The notes: generated from the letters alone by a model not told the origin. A stretch of DNA of 51,684 nucleotides from a bacterium (GCA_049472335.1 JBLIRO010000036.1:1-51684); one strand, 5' to 3'; counted from the first letter of the stretch, positions 1-9,311 are shown. Translations and numbers: made by a program.

Positions 1-555
1 GCAAAGCGCTTTCTCATAATACTCTATGGCCTTTTGGACTTGCCCTAGATCGCTATAGGCCAAACCGAGATTGTTGTATCGGGTGGCCACATTGGGATGC
101 TTGTCTCCAAAAACCTTTAGATCTATGCAAAGCGCTTTCTCATAATACTCTATGGCCTTTTGGGCTTCCCCTAGATCTCTATAGGCCAAACCGAGATTGT
201 TGTTTGTGATTGCTACATAAGGATGATATTCACCGTAAACTCCCATAAATATCCCAAGTGCCTTCTCATAATACTCTATGGCCTTTTGGGCTTCCCCTAG
301 ATCTCTATAGGCTGAACCGAGATTGTTGTTTGTGGTAGCTACATAAGTATGATACTCACCGTAAACTCCCATAATTATGCCAAGCGCCTTCTCATAATAC
401 TCTATGGCCTTTTGGACTTCCCCTAGATAGCTATAGGCTGAACCGAGATTGTTGTAATCTCTGGCCACATTGGGATGCTTATCTCCAAAAACCTTTAAAT
501 CTATGCCAAGCGCCTTCTCATAATATTTTATGGCCTTTAGGGCTTCCCCTAGAGT
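1..555 (-). repeat. 126-bp tandem repeats encoding 42-aa kinesin-light-chain-type TPRs
   Basis: ctcataatactctatggccttttgg recurs with a 126-nt period; about 4.4 units are visible. Confidence 0.95.
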
Positions 556-2967
556 GTAGTATGTAATACCTAAGTTATTGAGAAGCTCTGCAATATTATC
601 ATCTTTTTTTGAAGTCGCTTCTTCAATAACCTTTTTTGTAATACGATCCGCAACTTTTTTTTGAAGATTCTTTTTGTCCTCATATAAAAGCAATTGCTCC
701 ATATATTTACCTAAATCTATTGAGTATCGGCAGGCGGGAATGATATTGTCTGAAGCAAGTGCATGATAGACGGCCTCCTTTAGATATTCATAGTCAGGGG
801 ATTCGCTGCCGGATATTATTCTATCATACCAATCCAGGGCAATTTGATGCAGCTTCTTCTGATCTGATTCTGTCTGCTTATTCCACTGCTTCTCACGGAT
901 CACCGGATTGACCCAGTATTGAGCATCTTGCCCTGCAACGTGCTCCTTTTCAAAAAGGGTTAATCCTACACCTTTTTCTAACAATTGCACATCCCCTATA
1001 TCATCAAAAGCCTTTTGGGCTACCGGGCGTCTGAAAACCAATGCCTGCCTGAGAAAATCACTGAATTCTTTGCCTTCAATTTCCATCAAAAATTCAGCCA
1101 GATACTCCCGAATATAACCTTCGTTTTTCCCCTCCAGGGCCTGGGCTAGGGAGTCAGGATCATATTTTTCTTCGTTTTCAGCAATAATCTCAAGCCACTC
1201 CAACAGTCGCGGATTACCACAACCATAATGTAAATACATCTCTTTGTATTTACTGGCCGATATGCATGAAAGCTCTGCGCACTTTTTCCGAAGATCAGCA
1301 TCCTTAAAGGAAGTCAGTGTAATATCTGTCAACTTTTCGTATAAATTTTCACCCTCATGCTCTAACTCAAATGGGTAACGGCTGGTGATAATCATCCTGG
1401 CCTTGGTCTCATACCAATCAAGGGCCTGCAATAAAGGCCTTATGATGCGTATCACATCCGGCCTTATTTCCCAATAATCACCTTGATTGACCAAATTCTG
1501 CTCAAAATCATCAAAATAGATCATCAACGATAACCTTTGAAAGACGTTTCGAAACAACTCTTTTATTTTCTCTTCATAAGTTTTATCCGATTTGATTACA
1601 TCAAGACCCTCGGTTTCCCCAAGACGATCAAACAGTTTTTTGAACTTAATTAAAATATCGCCCTCACTCGTGAGGCTGTCATGAAACACTATCAGTTCCC
1701 AATCCTTGAACCGCTCGATAAGCTTGCCCGCAAGACAGCTTTTACCGACACCGGCAGGACCTCTAATTAAAATACCGTAGCGTAATATTTCTTTTTCATC
1801 TGGCACACCTCTAAGTGATCTGACTCCCTTTTGGATCTCACGCCGCCGACCGACAAATCCCTTATCCAGAACCTTAACATGACCTTCCGATAGCATCCTG
1901 TATCTGGTCTTTCGAACAGGGGCATACCGGATCTTTTGTCCGGATGAAATAAAACCACCTAATGAAGAACCATCTGTAAACAATCGTAAAAGGGGCCAGG
2001 GATGATAGTTTTTCTCAAGATCCTGCCTGGAGTTGGCTAAAGCCTCAGTGATGCCTTGCCCCATTCCAAGATATTCATAAAGCTTTGTGGTCATCAGGGT
2101 GGCACCCATATCCGTTACCGGCAGCCCCCAGCCCAATACAAGGGGAACTCCCTTTTCAACCATACAATAGGCAAACGACTCAGCGCAGTTTACTTTATCG
2201 CTTTTCCCTGTGGAACAACCGGATAAAAACAACAGTCTGGGCGCAAAATGCCTTAATGCCTCATCCCATAATCTTTCAGGAGTAACTTTATCCAGCCTGC
2301 CTATTTCATCCTCTATGTAGAATACAGGCCCCAACTCATAATCATGCCCGGCATGACCAGTTATGTGCACTACATCAAAGGGTCCGTCTTCATAGAGCCG
2401 CTCATAAAGTCCGGTTAAACTGCCTAAATCTTCAGTGATAACATCAACAGGAAATCTTTCAACGCTGGATAAAATCTTATCCTCTTCTTTTTCAAACTCC
2501 AGCACCTCATGAGACCTGTAATCCAAGGGCGAGCAGGCCATAAAGAGTACCTTCAAAGGACGTGGCTCAGGGGTATGTTTCTCTCTTCCATGGCGATCAA
2601 CCACTTTTCGGATGATGTAAATCCGGGGATGACTTTGCTGAGCTAAAAATACACTGTTATACAAAAGCTCAAATGGTAAGGAGTTGATGTCATAAGGGAT
2701 CTGAAGGTAGAGAGACAACTGCTCTGAGCTTTGCCGGGATTCTTCAATAATACTGTCCAACTGTCCGCCGCTTCCGTTAAGAAACTTATACAGTTGTTGA
2801 CCAAGCCCAGTGCCATTGGCAATGTCATTCTTCCAAAAATTAAAATTTGATTCTTTAAGTGCCGCCTGAAGCTCTATTTCCCGAATATGGTAAGAAAGCT
2901 CACCATTAAAAGAAACAGATCGCTTACCCCCGGAACTCTCAGTGGATATGTCTATTACAATATTCAT
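1..2967 (-). CDS. CHAT (caspase-like) protease + STAND-type P-loop NTPase + TPR repeat protein; runs off the window start (3' end missing)
   Basis: Absent from the ORF track because it has no stop in the window. Manual translation from ATG 2967 (MNIVIDIST...) gives CHAT His/Cys motifs DVVHITGHAG and LFLSGCSTG, then FVGRRRE, Walker A GPAGVGKS, Walker B IYFDDFE, GNPRLL, and 42-aa TPRs (NNLG.AY..LG..QKAIEYYEKAL). Confidence 0.88.
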   Translation of the reverse strand, partial: MNIVIDISTESSGGKRSVSFNGELSYHIREIELQAALKESNFNFWKNDIANGTGLGQQLYKFLNGSGGQLDSIIEESRQSSEQLSLYLQIPYDINSLPFELLYNSVFLAQQSHPRIYIIRKVVDRHGREKHTPEPRPLKVLFMACSPLDYRSHEVLEFEKEEDKILSSVERFPVDVITEDLGSLTGLYERLYEDGPFDVVHITGHAGHDYELGPVFYIEDEIGRLDKVTPERLWDEALRHFAPRLLFLSGCSTGKSDKVNCAESFAYCMVEKGVPLVLGWGLPVTDMGATLMTTKLYEYLGMGQGITEALANSRQDLEKNYHPWPLLRLFTDGSSLGGFISSGQKIRYAPVRKTRYRMLSEGHVKVLDKGFVGRRREIQKGVRSLRGVPDEKEILRYGILIRGPAGVGKSCLAGKLIERFKDWELIVFHDSLTSEGDILIKFKKLFDRLGETEGLDVIKSDKTYEEKIKELFRNVFQRLSLMIYFDDFEQNLVNQGDYWEIRPDVIRIIRPLLQALDWYETKARMIITSRYPFELEHEGENLYEKLTDITLTSFKDADLRKKCAELSCISASKYKEMYLHYGCGNPRLLEWLEIIAENEEKYDPDSLAQALEGKNEGYIREYLAEFLMEIEGKEFSDFLRQALVFRRPVAQKAFDDIGDVQLLEKGVGLTLFEKEHVAGQDAQYWVNPVIREKQWNKQTESDQKKLHQIALDWYDRIISGSESPDYEYLKEAVYHALASDNIIPACRYSIDLGKYMEQLLLYEDKKNLQKKVADRITKKVIEEATSKKDDNIAELLNNLGITYYTLGEALKAIKYYEKALGIDLKVFGDKHPNVARDYNNLGSAYSYLGEVQKAIEYYEKALGIIMGVYGEYHTYVATTNNNLGSAYRDLGEAQKAIEYYEKALGIFMGVYGEYHPYVAITNNNLGLAYRDLGEAQKAIEYYEKALCIDLKVFGDKHPNVATRYNNLGLAYSDLGQVQKAIEYYEKALC

Positions 2968-3018
2968 CAGTAAAACCTGTTTACCTGGATATTATCCGAT
3001 AATTAGAATGTAAATTAG

Positions 3019-3171
3019 AATGCAAATTGTAAATTGCAAATTGCAAATTTAAACTACCTCCGACGACCCTTATATTAAAACATATACCTTTACTCTCACA
3101 ACAAATCTTCTTTTTTTAAATGCAAATTGCAAATTGTAAATTGCAAATTTAAACTACCTCCGACGATCCTT
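3019..3171. repeat. Heptamer (aaattgc) arrays inside a ~53-bp direct duplication containing the 3' end of the four-helix-bundle gene
   Basis: 3019-3071 matches 3119-3171 (offset 100) with 3 mismatches, including ctacctccgacga (stop plus last codons). Confidence 0.9.
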
Positions 3172-3516
3172 GGCAGTTGTTACTGATTTGCCGATTATGT
3201 TACATAGCTCTCGAGCTTCCTGTTCCAATGATTCTATCAACTCACCCGCGGTAAGCTGGGCCTTTTTAGTAAGCTTTAGCCAATATAGCGATTCACGACA
3301 TTCCTTTAAAACAATTTGAAGCTTATGTACAAAGTCTGCTCGGCTTTCAGCCGCACATGCTTCTTCATAGTTTGCACCAGCCGATGTTGCAGATCGCAGA
3401 AGTTGATTTGCAATGTGACGTCCAACTGCTGTCTTACCAAGTAACTGGTCCAATCGAATGACATTTACCCCAAAACTCAACAGCCGATCGGAAAAATCGT
3501 TGCTCTTATTTTTCAT
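3154..3516 (-). CDS. Four helix bundle protein (23S rRNA IVP / bAvd-like family)
   Basis: QLLRSATSAGANYEEACAAESRADFVHKLQIVLKECRESLYWL is the family signature. Confidence 0.92.
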   Translation of the reverse strand: MKNKSNDFSDRLLSFGVNVIRLDQLLGKTAVGRHIANQLLRSATSAGANYEEACAAESRADFVHKLQIVLKECRESLYWLKLTKKAQLTAGELIESLEQEARELCNIIGKSVTTAKDRRR

Positions 3517-3779
3517 TTATAATTTACATTCTCTATTAACATCTTAAAATTTGCATTTTTCATCTTGCATTTTAAAATTTGCATTTCTCTTATTAATGGT
3601 ATCCCACCCTGTAAATCTTGGACATTGTGACCTCGATCTTATTTTTCATTTTTCATTTATAATTTATATTTTCCATTAACATCTTAAAATTTGCATTTTT
3701 CATCTTGCATTTTAAAATTTGCATTTCTCTTATTAATGGTATCCCACCCTGTAAATCTTGGACATTGTGACCTCGATCT
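3504..3779. repeat. ~140-bp tandem duplication covering the pilX 3' end, the intergenic heptamer array and the start of the four-helix gene
   Basis: 3535-3639 is identical to 3675-3779. The remaining part differs by 3 transitions and one 7-nt indel. Confidence 0.93.
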
Positions 3780-4242
3780 CCTGCCGCCCGCCTGCATTAC
3801 TTTTTACTTTAAAATTAAATTTTCTGTAATCCTTACCACTTCCAGCAACCACACTGTCTGAGATATATTCTACCTTGTTCCAATAAGGTATACCCGAAAT
3901 CTCTCCGTCTTCAGATCCGCGGGAAAATGTATCGTCAATCCTCCCTTCTTCCCTGTTGCCGAAATTCTTTACAACATTATCTTCAAATGATTTGTTGATC
4001 TTAGGAGGGGGGAGGCCGCGGGTATTCAGAAAGGAAGCTATCTCCTTCCAACCGCTGTCAGTGACATAGAACTCCTTTAGATAATTCTTTTCATTTGCGG
4101 CTATTTGAAGCTCTATATTAATGGTCATAAGGGCAAAAGTCCCCATAAGGGTAAAAAGGATCAAAAACAGCATGGCTAATAGAAATGCCGTCCCTTTCTT
4201 ATCCTTTGATATCATAAAAATGTATTGTTTTATCATGATCAC
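3733..4242 (-). CDS. pilX: PilX-like minor pilin
   Basis: KKG|TAFLLAMLFL hydrophobic helix lacking Glu5, then IAANEKNYLKEFYVTDSG; last gene of the minor-pilin cluster. Confidence 0.75.
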   Translation of the reverse strand: MIMIKQYIFMISKDKKGTAFLLAMLFLILFTLMGTFALMTINIELQIAANEKNYLKEFYVTDSGWKEIASFLNTRGLPPPKINKSFEDNVVKNFGNREEGRIDDTFSRGSEDGEISGIPYWNKVEYISDSVVAGSGKDYRKFNFKVKSNAGGRQEIEVTMSKIYRVGYH

Positions 4243-4243
4243 A

Positions 4244-4717
4244 TCACTCTCCCAGAGTCCTTACAAAATCAAATTTAGTATGTTTATCCCTTTCGCCATG
4301 CTTCCATGATACAATGATCCTTATGGTTTTGGTTTTTTTCATCGGAGAATCTTCCGCTACATTTGCATATATGTCATAACGCTTGCCTGTCCCCCCTGCC
4401 TCCACGGCAAGTTTGCTTATATCTGCAGTAGCGGGATCATGATCATCCAGGCCTTTTGCAGCGTCATTATCCATATCCCTGAGATCTGAATAGCGCATCA
4501 GCATCATCTCCTCGATTTGCATAGATGCCAGTTGCGATGCGTTTGTCAAATGTACCGACAGGGCGTTACCTTTAATGGTATTTAGAAGCATGACACTGAT
4601 TGCAAGAAGAGCGGTTGTAAATATGGCAATGGATATGAGGACCTCCAACAGGCTGAATCCTCCGGGAGAATCAGACTTTTTATAACGCAGGGTAAAAGAT
4701 TGTATCCCAGAAATCAT
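4244..4717 (-). CDS. pilV: PilV-like minor pilin
   Basis: Prepilin motif G|FSLLEVLISIAI; ASQLASMQIEEM. Confidence 0.75.
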   Translation of the reverse strand: MISGIQSFTLRYKKSDSPGGFSLLEVLISIAIFTTALLAISVMLLNTIKGNALSVHLTNASQLASMQIEEMMLMRYSDLRDMDNDAAKGLDDHDPATADISKLAVEAGGTGKRYDIYANVAEDSPMKKTKTIRIIVSWKHGERDKHTKFDFVRTLGE

Positions 4718-4731
4718 GAGCTATCCTTTTT

Positions 4732-5523
4732 TTAATGCATATTTCTCAACCTGACAATTGTTTCGACAAGCCTCATCCTTGTATGATCGTTTTTTGAATC
4801 CTTATCACTGTCCGGCCTTATAAGCCGGCTGCCGACCACATAGGTCTTGGTATTATTATATCCGTCCTCAGATTTCCTCGATCTGATAAGAAGCCATATA
4901 CGCACGGCCCTTATATCCTCAAGTCGTGCTGAGATCCCTGTTTTCTCTCCATTAACGACATTATCACCGAAATCTATCTTGCCGTCGTCATTCGTATCCA
5001 GGTCATACCATATCCCGCCTTTGTCAATGGCCCATATAATATAAGGCCCATCCGTATCCGAAAACCCATCACTGTTGCCGTCAAACGCATACGCAAACCC
5101 AAGGGCCTCCACATATTCAATCACCGGGGCATTGTGTTCTCTTTTTTTGCCCCTTCTGCCTAATTTTCTTATGCCATCACCCGATTCATATAAAGAATAC
5201 GTGATATATTCATTAAAATCATTGCAGTTTGAGTCACTATTCAGGTCCATAGTAAATACAATTTGGTCCGGATTGGCGGTTATGATCCCGGCACCTGCTT
5301 TTCCTGTTGGATCATAGCCGGCCATCCTGATCTCTTTGACCATTGTATTAAGGGCTGCGCGAATGTTTTGCTGCATTTCCGTTACCTGATCCTGAACGGA
5401 AAAGGATTTGTTCTGTGCGATGAAAAGGTTAAATATGGCGGCAGCCATTACAGAGCTTATAAACAAAGCAATCAAAAGCTCTACCAGTGAAAATCCTTCA
5501 TTCCTTTTGATCTGTTCACTCAC
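4732..5523 (-). CDS. pilW: PilW-like minor pilin
   Basis: G|FSLVELLIAL; QQNIRAAL..M.KEIRMAGY; C-terminal IRAVRIWLLIRS...VRLRN. Confidence 0.85.
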   Translation of the reverse strand: MSEQIKRNEGFSLVELLIALFISSVMAAAIFNLFIAQNKSFSVQDQVTEMQQNIRAALNTMVKEIRMAGYDPTGKAGAGIITANPDQIVFTMDLNSDSNCNDFNEYITYSLYESGDGIRKLGRRGKKREHNAPVIEYVEALGFAYAFDGNSDGFSDTDGPYIIWAIDKGGIWYDLDTNDDGKIDFGDNVVNGEKTGISARLEDIRAVRIWLLIRSRKSEDGYNNTKTYVVGSRLIRPDSDKDSKNDHTRMRLVETIVRLRNMH

Positions 5524-5606
5524 GGACTGTATTCCTTACCAATTTTTATCCACTCGCAAGCTTGGTCATTTTCTCCAAAAAAACATAATCGGAAACGCAT
5601 TCCTTA

Positions 5607-5664
5607 ACTTTAGGCACTTTAGGCACTTTTTTAAAACTTCAGGTACTTAACAGTTCAGGCACTT
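5607..5664. repeat. Short nonamer array (actt[tc]agg[ct]) between fimT and pilW
   Basis: actttaggc-actttaggc-actt...acttcaggt-actt...agttcaggc-actt. Confidence 0.75.
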
Positions 5665-5667
5665 CCT

Positions 5668-6216
5668 TCACCGTATCTTTATCCTTCCGGCCTTATGCAC
5701 AGTTACACATCTTTGTGTATTTTTATTATTTTTAATATACACACTGCCCATACCCATCCCCGAGGCTCCCCCTGGACTGACAGCTAATCCTCTGGAATTG
5801 AAAGAGATTGAAGGGCAGCCATTCCCATTCCTCTTGAATGTCAACCCGTCACCTTTCCCCTTCGTAAAATCAAAAGCCACTCCGCTCTTATAATCAGAAA
5901 ATTTCTTTGATGCCAATATGGTCTCAGTGGAATCATATTCGCAATCCCGGTCTTCATCGATAAAGGCGATATAGTCATAATCTCCGTGTTCCGAAGAAAC
6001 TCCAAAGCTGATTGTACAGAGGGTATTTCTTTTTACAGCCACCATTTTGGCCCTTTGTAAATTTGACACAATATCCCTGGCCGCTGCATTTAACCTATGA
6101 TCTGACATTATGGAGATAATATTTGGGATTGCCACAACAGACATTATGCTGATTATTGCCAGCACCACTCCCAATTCGATCAGAGTAAATCCTTTTTTCG
6201 ATAAAAGAAGATCCAT
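5668..6216 (-). CDS. fimT: GspH/FimT family pseudopilin
   Basis: G|FTLIELGVVL; LQRAKMVAVKRN; ISFNSRG; C-terminal VHKAGRIK. Confidence 0.82.
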   Translation of the reverse strand: MDLLLSKKGFTLIELGVVLAIISIMSVVAIPNIISIMSDHRLNAAARDIVSNLQRAKMVAVKRNTLCTISFGVSSEHGDYDYIAFIDEDRDCEYDSTETILASKKFSDYKSGVAFDFTKGKGDGLTFKRNGNGCPSISFNSRGLAVSPGGASGMGMGSVYIKNNKNTQRCVTVHKAGRIKIR

Positions 6217-6320
6217 GATTATCTTTGATCAGATTATAATTCCGACTGCTGTTAGCTAGGATTTTTAAACTACTTATTTTATTTTATATACTGCGTGTAC
6301 TTCGTTGTAAAAAAATAGAA

Positions 6321-6785
6321 TCAAATCTCAAAAATCATAGCAGTTTCTGTGCATTCCGGGAATTTGGAGCATTTGAGGCAATCTGCCCAAATCTTATGAG
6401 GCAGTTCAGACTTGTCTATGTTTCTAAAACCGAACAAAGAGAAAAATTCCCTGTTATAGGTCAAACAGAAAACCTTTTTGATGCCTAAATCAGTAGCTTC
6501 TTTGAGACAGGATTTTACCAAACTTTTTCCAATCCCTTTTTTTTGATATTCCGTATTGACAGCCAGAGATCTTATCTCTGCAAGATTTTCCCAGATTATA
6601 TGCAAGGCGCAAACACCCACAATCTTGTTGGCGCTATTATCACCTTCTTGTTCATATACAAAAAAATCCCTCAGACGGTCATAGATATCGGAAAGGGAGA
6701 GGGAAAGCAGAAGCCCCTCCTGGGCAAAACTATTGATCAGATCCCTTATGGCAAGGGCCTCATTGATCCTGGCCTTTCTGATCAT
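6321..6785 (-). CDS. argA: Short GNAT amino-acid N-acetyltransferase (N-acetylglutamate synthase)
   Basis: LAEIRSLAV, GIGKSLV, VFCLTY, LPHKIWADCLKCSKFPEC. Confidence 0.85.
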   Translation of the reverse strand: MIRKARINEALAIRDLINSFAQEGLLLSLSLSDIYDRLRDFFVYEQEGDNSANKIVGVCALHIIWENLAEIRSLAVNTEYQKKGIGKSLVKSCLKEATDLGIKKVFCLTYNREFFSLFGFRNIDKSELPHKIWADCLKCSKFPECTETAMIFEI

Positions 6786-7330
6786 TTGGAAACCGTGACC
6801 ATTTCACTTCCCATAAGCAAGGCCTTACGGTTGATCTCAATAATATCCTTCTTTTTCTTTGAAGAGAAAGATTCTTCCATTGCCCTTTGCAGGTTTTCCC
6901 GGGAGACAATTCCTGTTTTAGTGCAAAAGGCCGAAAGTGCTATTATGTTAGCTACTTTTACCGTTCCAAGGCTGTCTGCCATGTCCGTAATAGGGAGCGC
7001 TATAATCTCAATGTCATCTCTTTCGGGCATGTCTTTAACCAGGGATGAGTTAATGAGCAGCAATCCATTGGTTTTAACACGGGGAGCAAATCTTTCCATT
7101 GACGGATGGTTCATTACTATAGACGCCCATGGCCTGGCAACAATAGGCGAGCCTATGGGCTGATCTGAAATGATCACTGTACAGTTTGCCGTGCCGCCCC
7201 GCATCTCTGCACCATATGAGGGAAACCATGTAACATGTTTATCATCCAGCATCGCAGCAGTTGCCATGAGTTTTCCCATAAGCATGATACCTTGACCTCC
7301 AAAGCCGGCCATAATGATCTCTCTAGTCAC
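6782..7330 (-). CDS. 2-oxoacid:ferredoxin oxidoreductase gamma subunit
   Basis: AGFGGQG and PSYGAEMRGGTANC. Probable GTG start at 7330 overlaps the beta-subunit stop; the ORF track extends to 7378. Confidence 0.93.
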   Translation of the reverse strand: MTREIIMAGFGGQGIMLMGKLMATAAMLDDKHVTWFPSYGAEMRGGTANCTVIISDQPIGSPIVARPWASIVMNHPSMERFAPRVKTNGLLLINSSLVKDMPERDDIEIIALPITDMADSLGTVKVANIIALSAFCTKTGIVSRENLQRAMEESFSSKKKKDIIEINRKALLMGSEMVTVSK

Positions 7331-8120
7331 AGATGGATTTCTCCTCCTGGTCTTCTTTGATTGTGTTCTTATAGACACCTAATGGGAAAACGGGCTTCAT
7401 ATTTTCCTCGATCCACTGGTTTGCCTTTAACGGGCTCATCCCCCAATTTGTGGGACATGCGGCAAGCACCTCTATAAGGCTGAATCCTTTATTTTCAAGT
7501 TGAACCTCAAAGGCCTTCTTAATGGCCCTGGCGGCTCTTTTAATCTGGAGCGGAGTATTTACGGCAACCCTCTCTATATAGGTTGTCCCGTCCAATGTGG
7601 AAAGCATCTCACAGACCTTGAGTGGATATCCTTCTCTGGATGATTTCCGTCCTGAGGGAGTGGTCTTTGTTTTCATGCCCAATAGGGTGGTAGGGGCCAT
7701 TTGCCCACCTGTCATGCCGTAAATAGCATTATTGACAAAAATGAATGTGAGATTTTCTCCCCGATTTGCTGCGTGAATTATCTCTGCAGTGCCGATGGAG
7801 GCAAGATCGCCGTCCCCCTGGTAGCTGAAGACAAAAAGATCGGGCCTTGCCCTCTTTATTCCTGTACATACCGCCGGCGGACGTCCATGTGCGACCTCAA
7901 GGACGTCACAGGCAAAATAATCATAGGCAAACACCGCGCATCCTACCGGTGCGATACCTATGGTTCTATCCAATATGGAAAAGTAATCGATTGCATCAGC
8001 AATCAGTCGGTGGATAATACCGTGATGACAGCCCGGACAGAAGCGAAAGGGCACCTGTTTAAGGGCCTTTGGTCTAACAAAGACCGGCCGGAGGGTTTTT
8101 TGCAATGTATTGTTAGACAT
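7323..8120 (-). CDS. 2-oxoacid:ferredoxin oxidoreductase beta subunit (TPP-binding)
   Basis: FCPGCHHG, YQGDGDLASIG, NNAIYGMTGGQMAPTT. Confidence 0.93.
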   Translation of the reverse strand: MSNNTLQKTLRPVFVRPKALKQVPFRFCPGCHHGIIHRLIADAIDYFSILDRTIGIAPVGCAVFAYDYFACDVLEVAHGRPPAVCTGIKRARPDLFVFSYQGDGDLASIGTAEIIHAANRGENLTFIFVNNAIYGMTGGQMAPTTLLGMKTKTTPSGRKSSREGYPLKVCEMLSTLDGTTYIERVAVNTPLQIKRAARAIKKAFEVQLENKGFSLIEVLAACPTNWGMSPLKANQWIEENMKPVFPLGVYKNTIKEDQEEKSICD

Positions 8121-9183
8121 AGTTCTTTACCGCCTTTAATACCTCCTCGGGATCAAAGATACTTCCTCCTGGCCTGCCGTAAAAGTAGACATCAGTGCTC
8201 CCGTTAACGGCCAAACGGCAATCTTCGATCATCTGTCCGAGGTTCATTTCAAGCACAAGGAAACGTGCTCCGTTGTTTGCAAGCTCCTGGATTGGTTTTT
8301 GAGGAAAGGGATAAAGTGTTATGGGCCTCAGAAGGCCAACCTTCAGTCCCATATCCCTGGCCATATAAACAACGGAGCGGGCAACCCGAGCTGCAGTGCC
8401 GAAGGCTACAAAGCATAATTCGGCATCTTCCGTATAAAAAGACTCAAAGCGTGGTATCTCTTTTTCAATACGTAGATATTTTTCATAAAGCATCCAATTT
8501 CTCTCTTCTAACTCGCATTCTCCCATAAATAAGCTTTTGATAACGCGGGATGGCCTTCCTTTTGCACCTGTAAGCGCCCAGTCTTTTTTAGGAGGCTCCG
8601 GTTGTTTTAAGTCCGCAGGGAAAATAACCGGCTCTATCATTTGGCCTAAGATCCCGTCACCGAGGATCAATACCGGGATACGGTATCTGTCGGCAAGCTC
8701 AAATGCCTCTCTTGTGAAGTCCATCATTTCCTGAACAGAACCAGGTGCAAGGCAAATGGTTCTATAGTCACCATGTCCTCCTCCCCTTGTAGCCTGAAAG
8801 TAATCTCCCTGAGATCCGGCAATATTACCAAGGCCGGGACCGCCACGCATTATGTTAACGATCACGCTGGGCAACTCTGCAGCAGCCAGATATGATATAC
8901 CTTCTTGCTTTAAGCTGATCCCGGGACTGGAGGATGAAGTCATTGCTCTGACTCCCACCGCTGCGGCGCCGAAGACCATATTTATGGCAGCTATTTCACT
9001 TTCTGCCTGAAGAAACACATTGCCGGTCTGCGGCATTCTCCAGGACATGTATGCAGGGATCTCATTCTGAGGCGTGATGGGATAGCCGAAATAACATTGA
9101 CAGCCTGCCTGAATGGCACCCTCGCATATCGCCTCATTTCCTTTTACCAATTTTCTTTTATTATTTGGCTTAATCGAATCCAT
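8113..9183 (-). CDS. vorB: 2-oxoacid:ferredoxin oxidoreductase alpha subunit (VorB-like)
   Basis: GNEA, YFGYPITPQNE, QAESE, TSSSSPGISLKQE, RGGPGLG. ATG at 9183 chosen; alternative TTG at 9192. Confidence 0.9.
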   Translation of the reverse strand: MDSIKPNNKRKLVKGNEAICEGAIQAGCQCYFGYPITPQNEIPAYMSWRMPQTGNVFLQAESEIAAINMVFGAAAVGVRAMTSSSSPGISLKQEGISYLAAAELPSVIVNIMRGGPGLGNIAGSQGDYFQATRGGGHGDYRTICLAPGSVQEMMDFTREAFELADRYRIPVLILGDGILGQMIEPVIFPADLKQPEPPKKDWALTGAKGRPSRVIKSLFMGECELEERNWMLYEKYLRIEKEIPRFESFYTEDAELCFVAFGTAARVARSVVYMARDMGLKVGLLRPITLYPFPQKPIQELANNGARFLVLEMNLGQMIEDCRLAVNGSTDVYFYGRPGGSIFDPEEVLKAVKNYV

Positions 9184-9311
9184 AATTTTCAAATGTTAAA
9201 ATTAATATCTATCACTTTAAGCTATCTATAATTAACGTACTTCAAACTTAATATAAAGTTAAAATAATTTCAAGTGTCTAAAAGTTGAAATACCTTAGAC
9301 TACTTATACTG

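Noticed and set aside
1..555. CRISPR array
   Set aside because: The period is 126 nt, the repeats are in-frame TPR coding sequence, there are no unique spacers and no cas genes.
1767..2828. Three short ORFs in the track (63, 66 and 61 aa)
   Set aside because: All overlap the CHAT-STAND-TPR reading frame and show no recognisable motifs.
3154..3779. Diversity-generating retroelement (Avd-like gene plus a duplicated gene 3' end)
   Set aside because: There is no reverse transcriptase in the window. The pilX-derived parts of the two copies are identical, and the three intergenic mismatches are not consistently adenine-directional.
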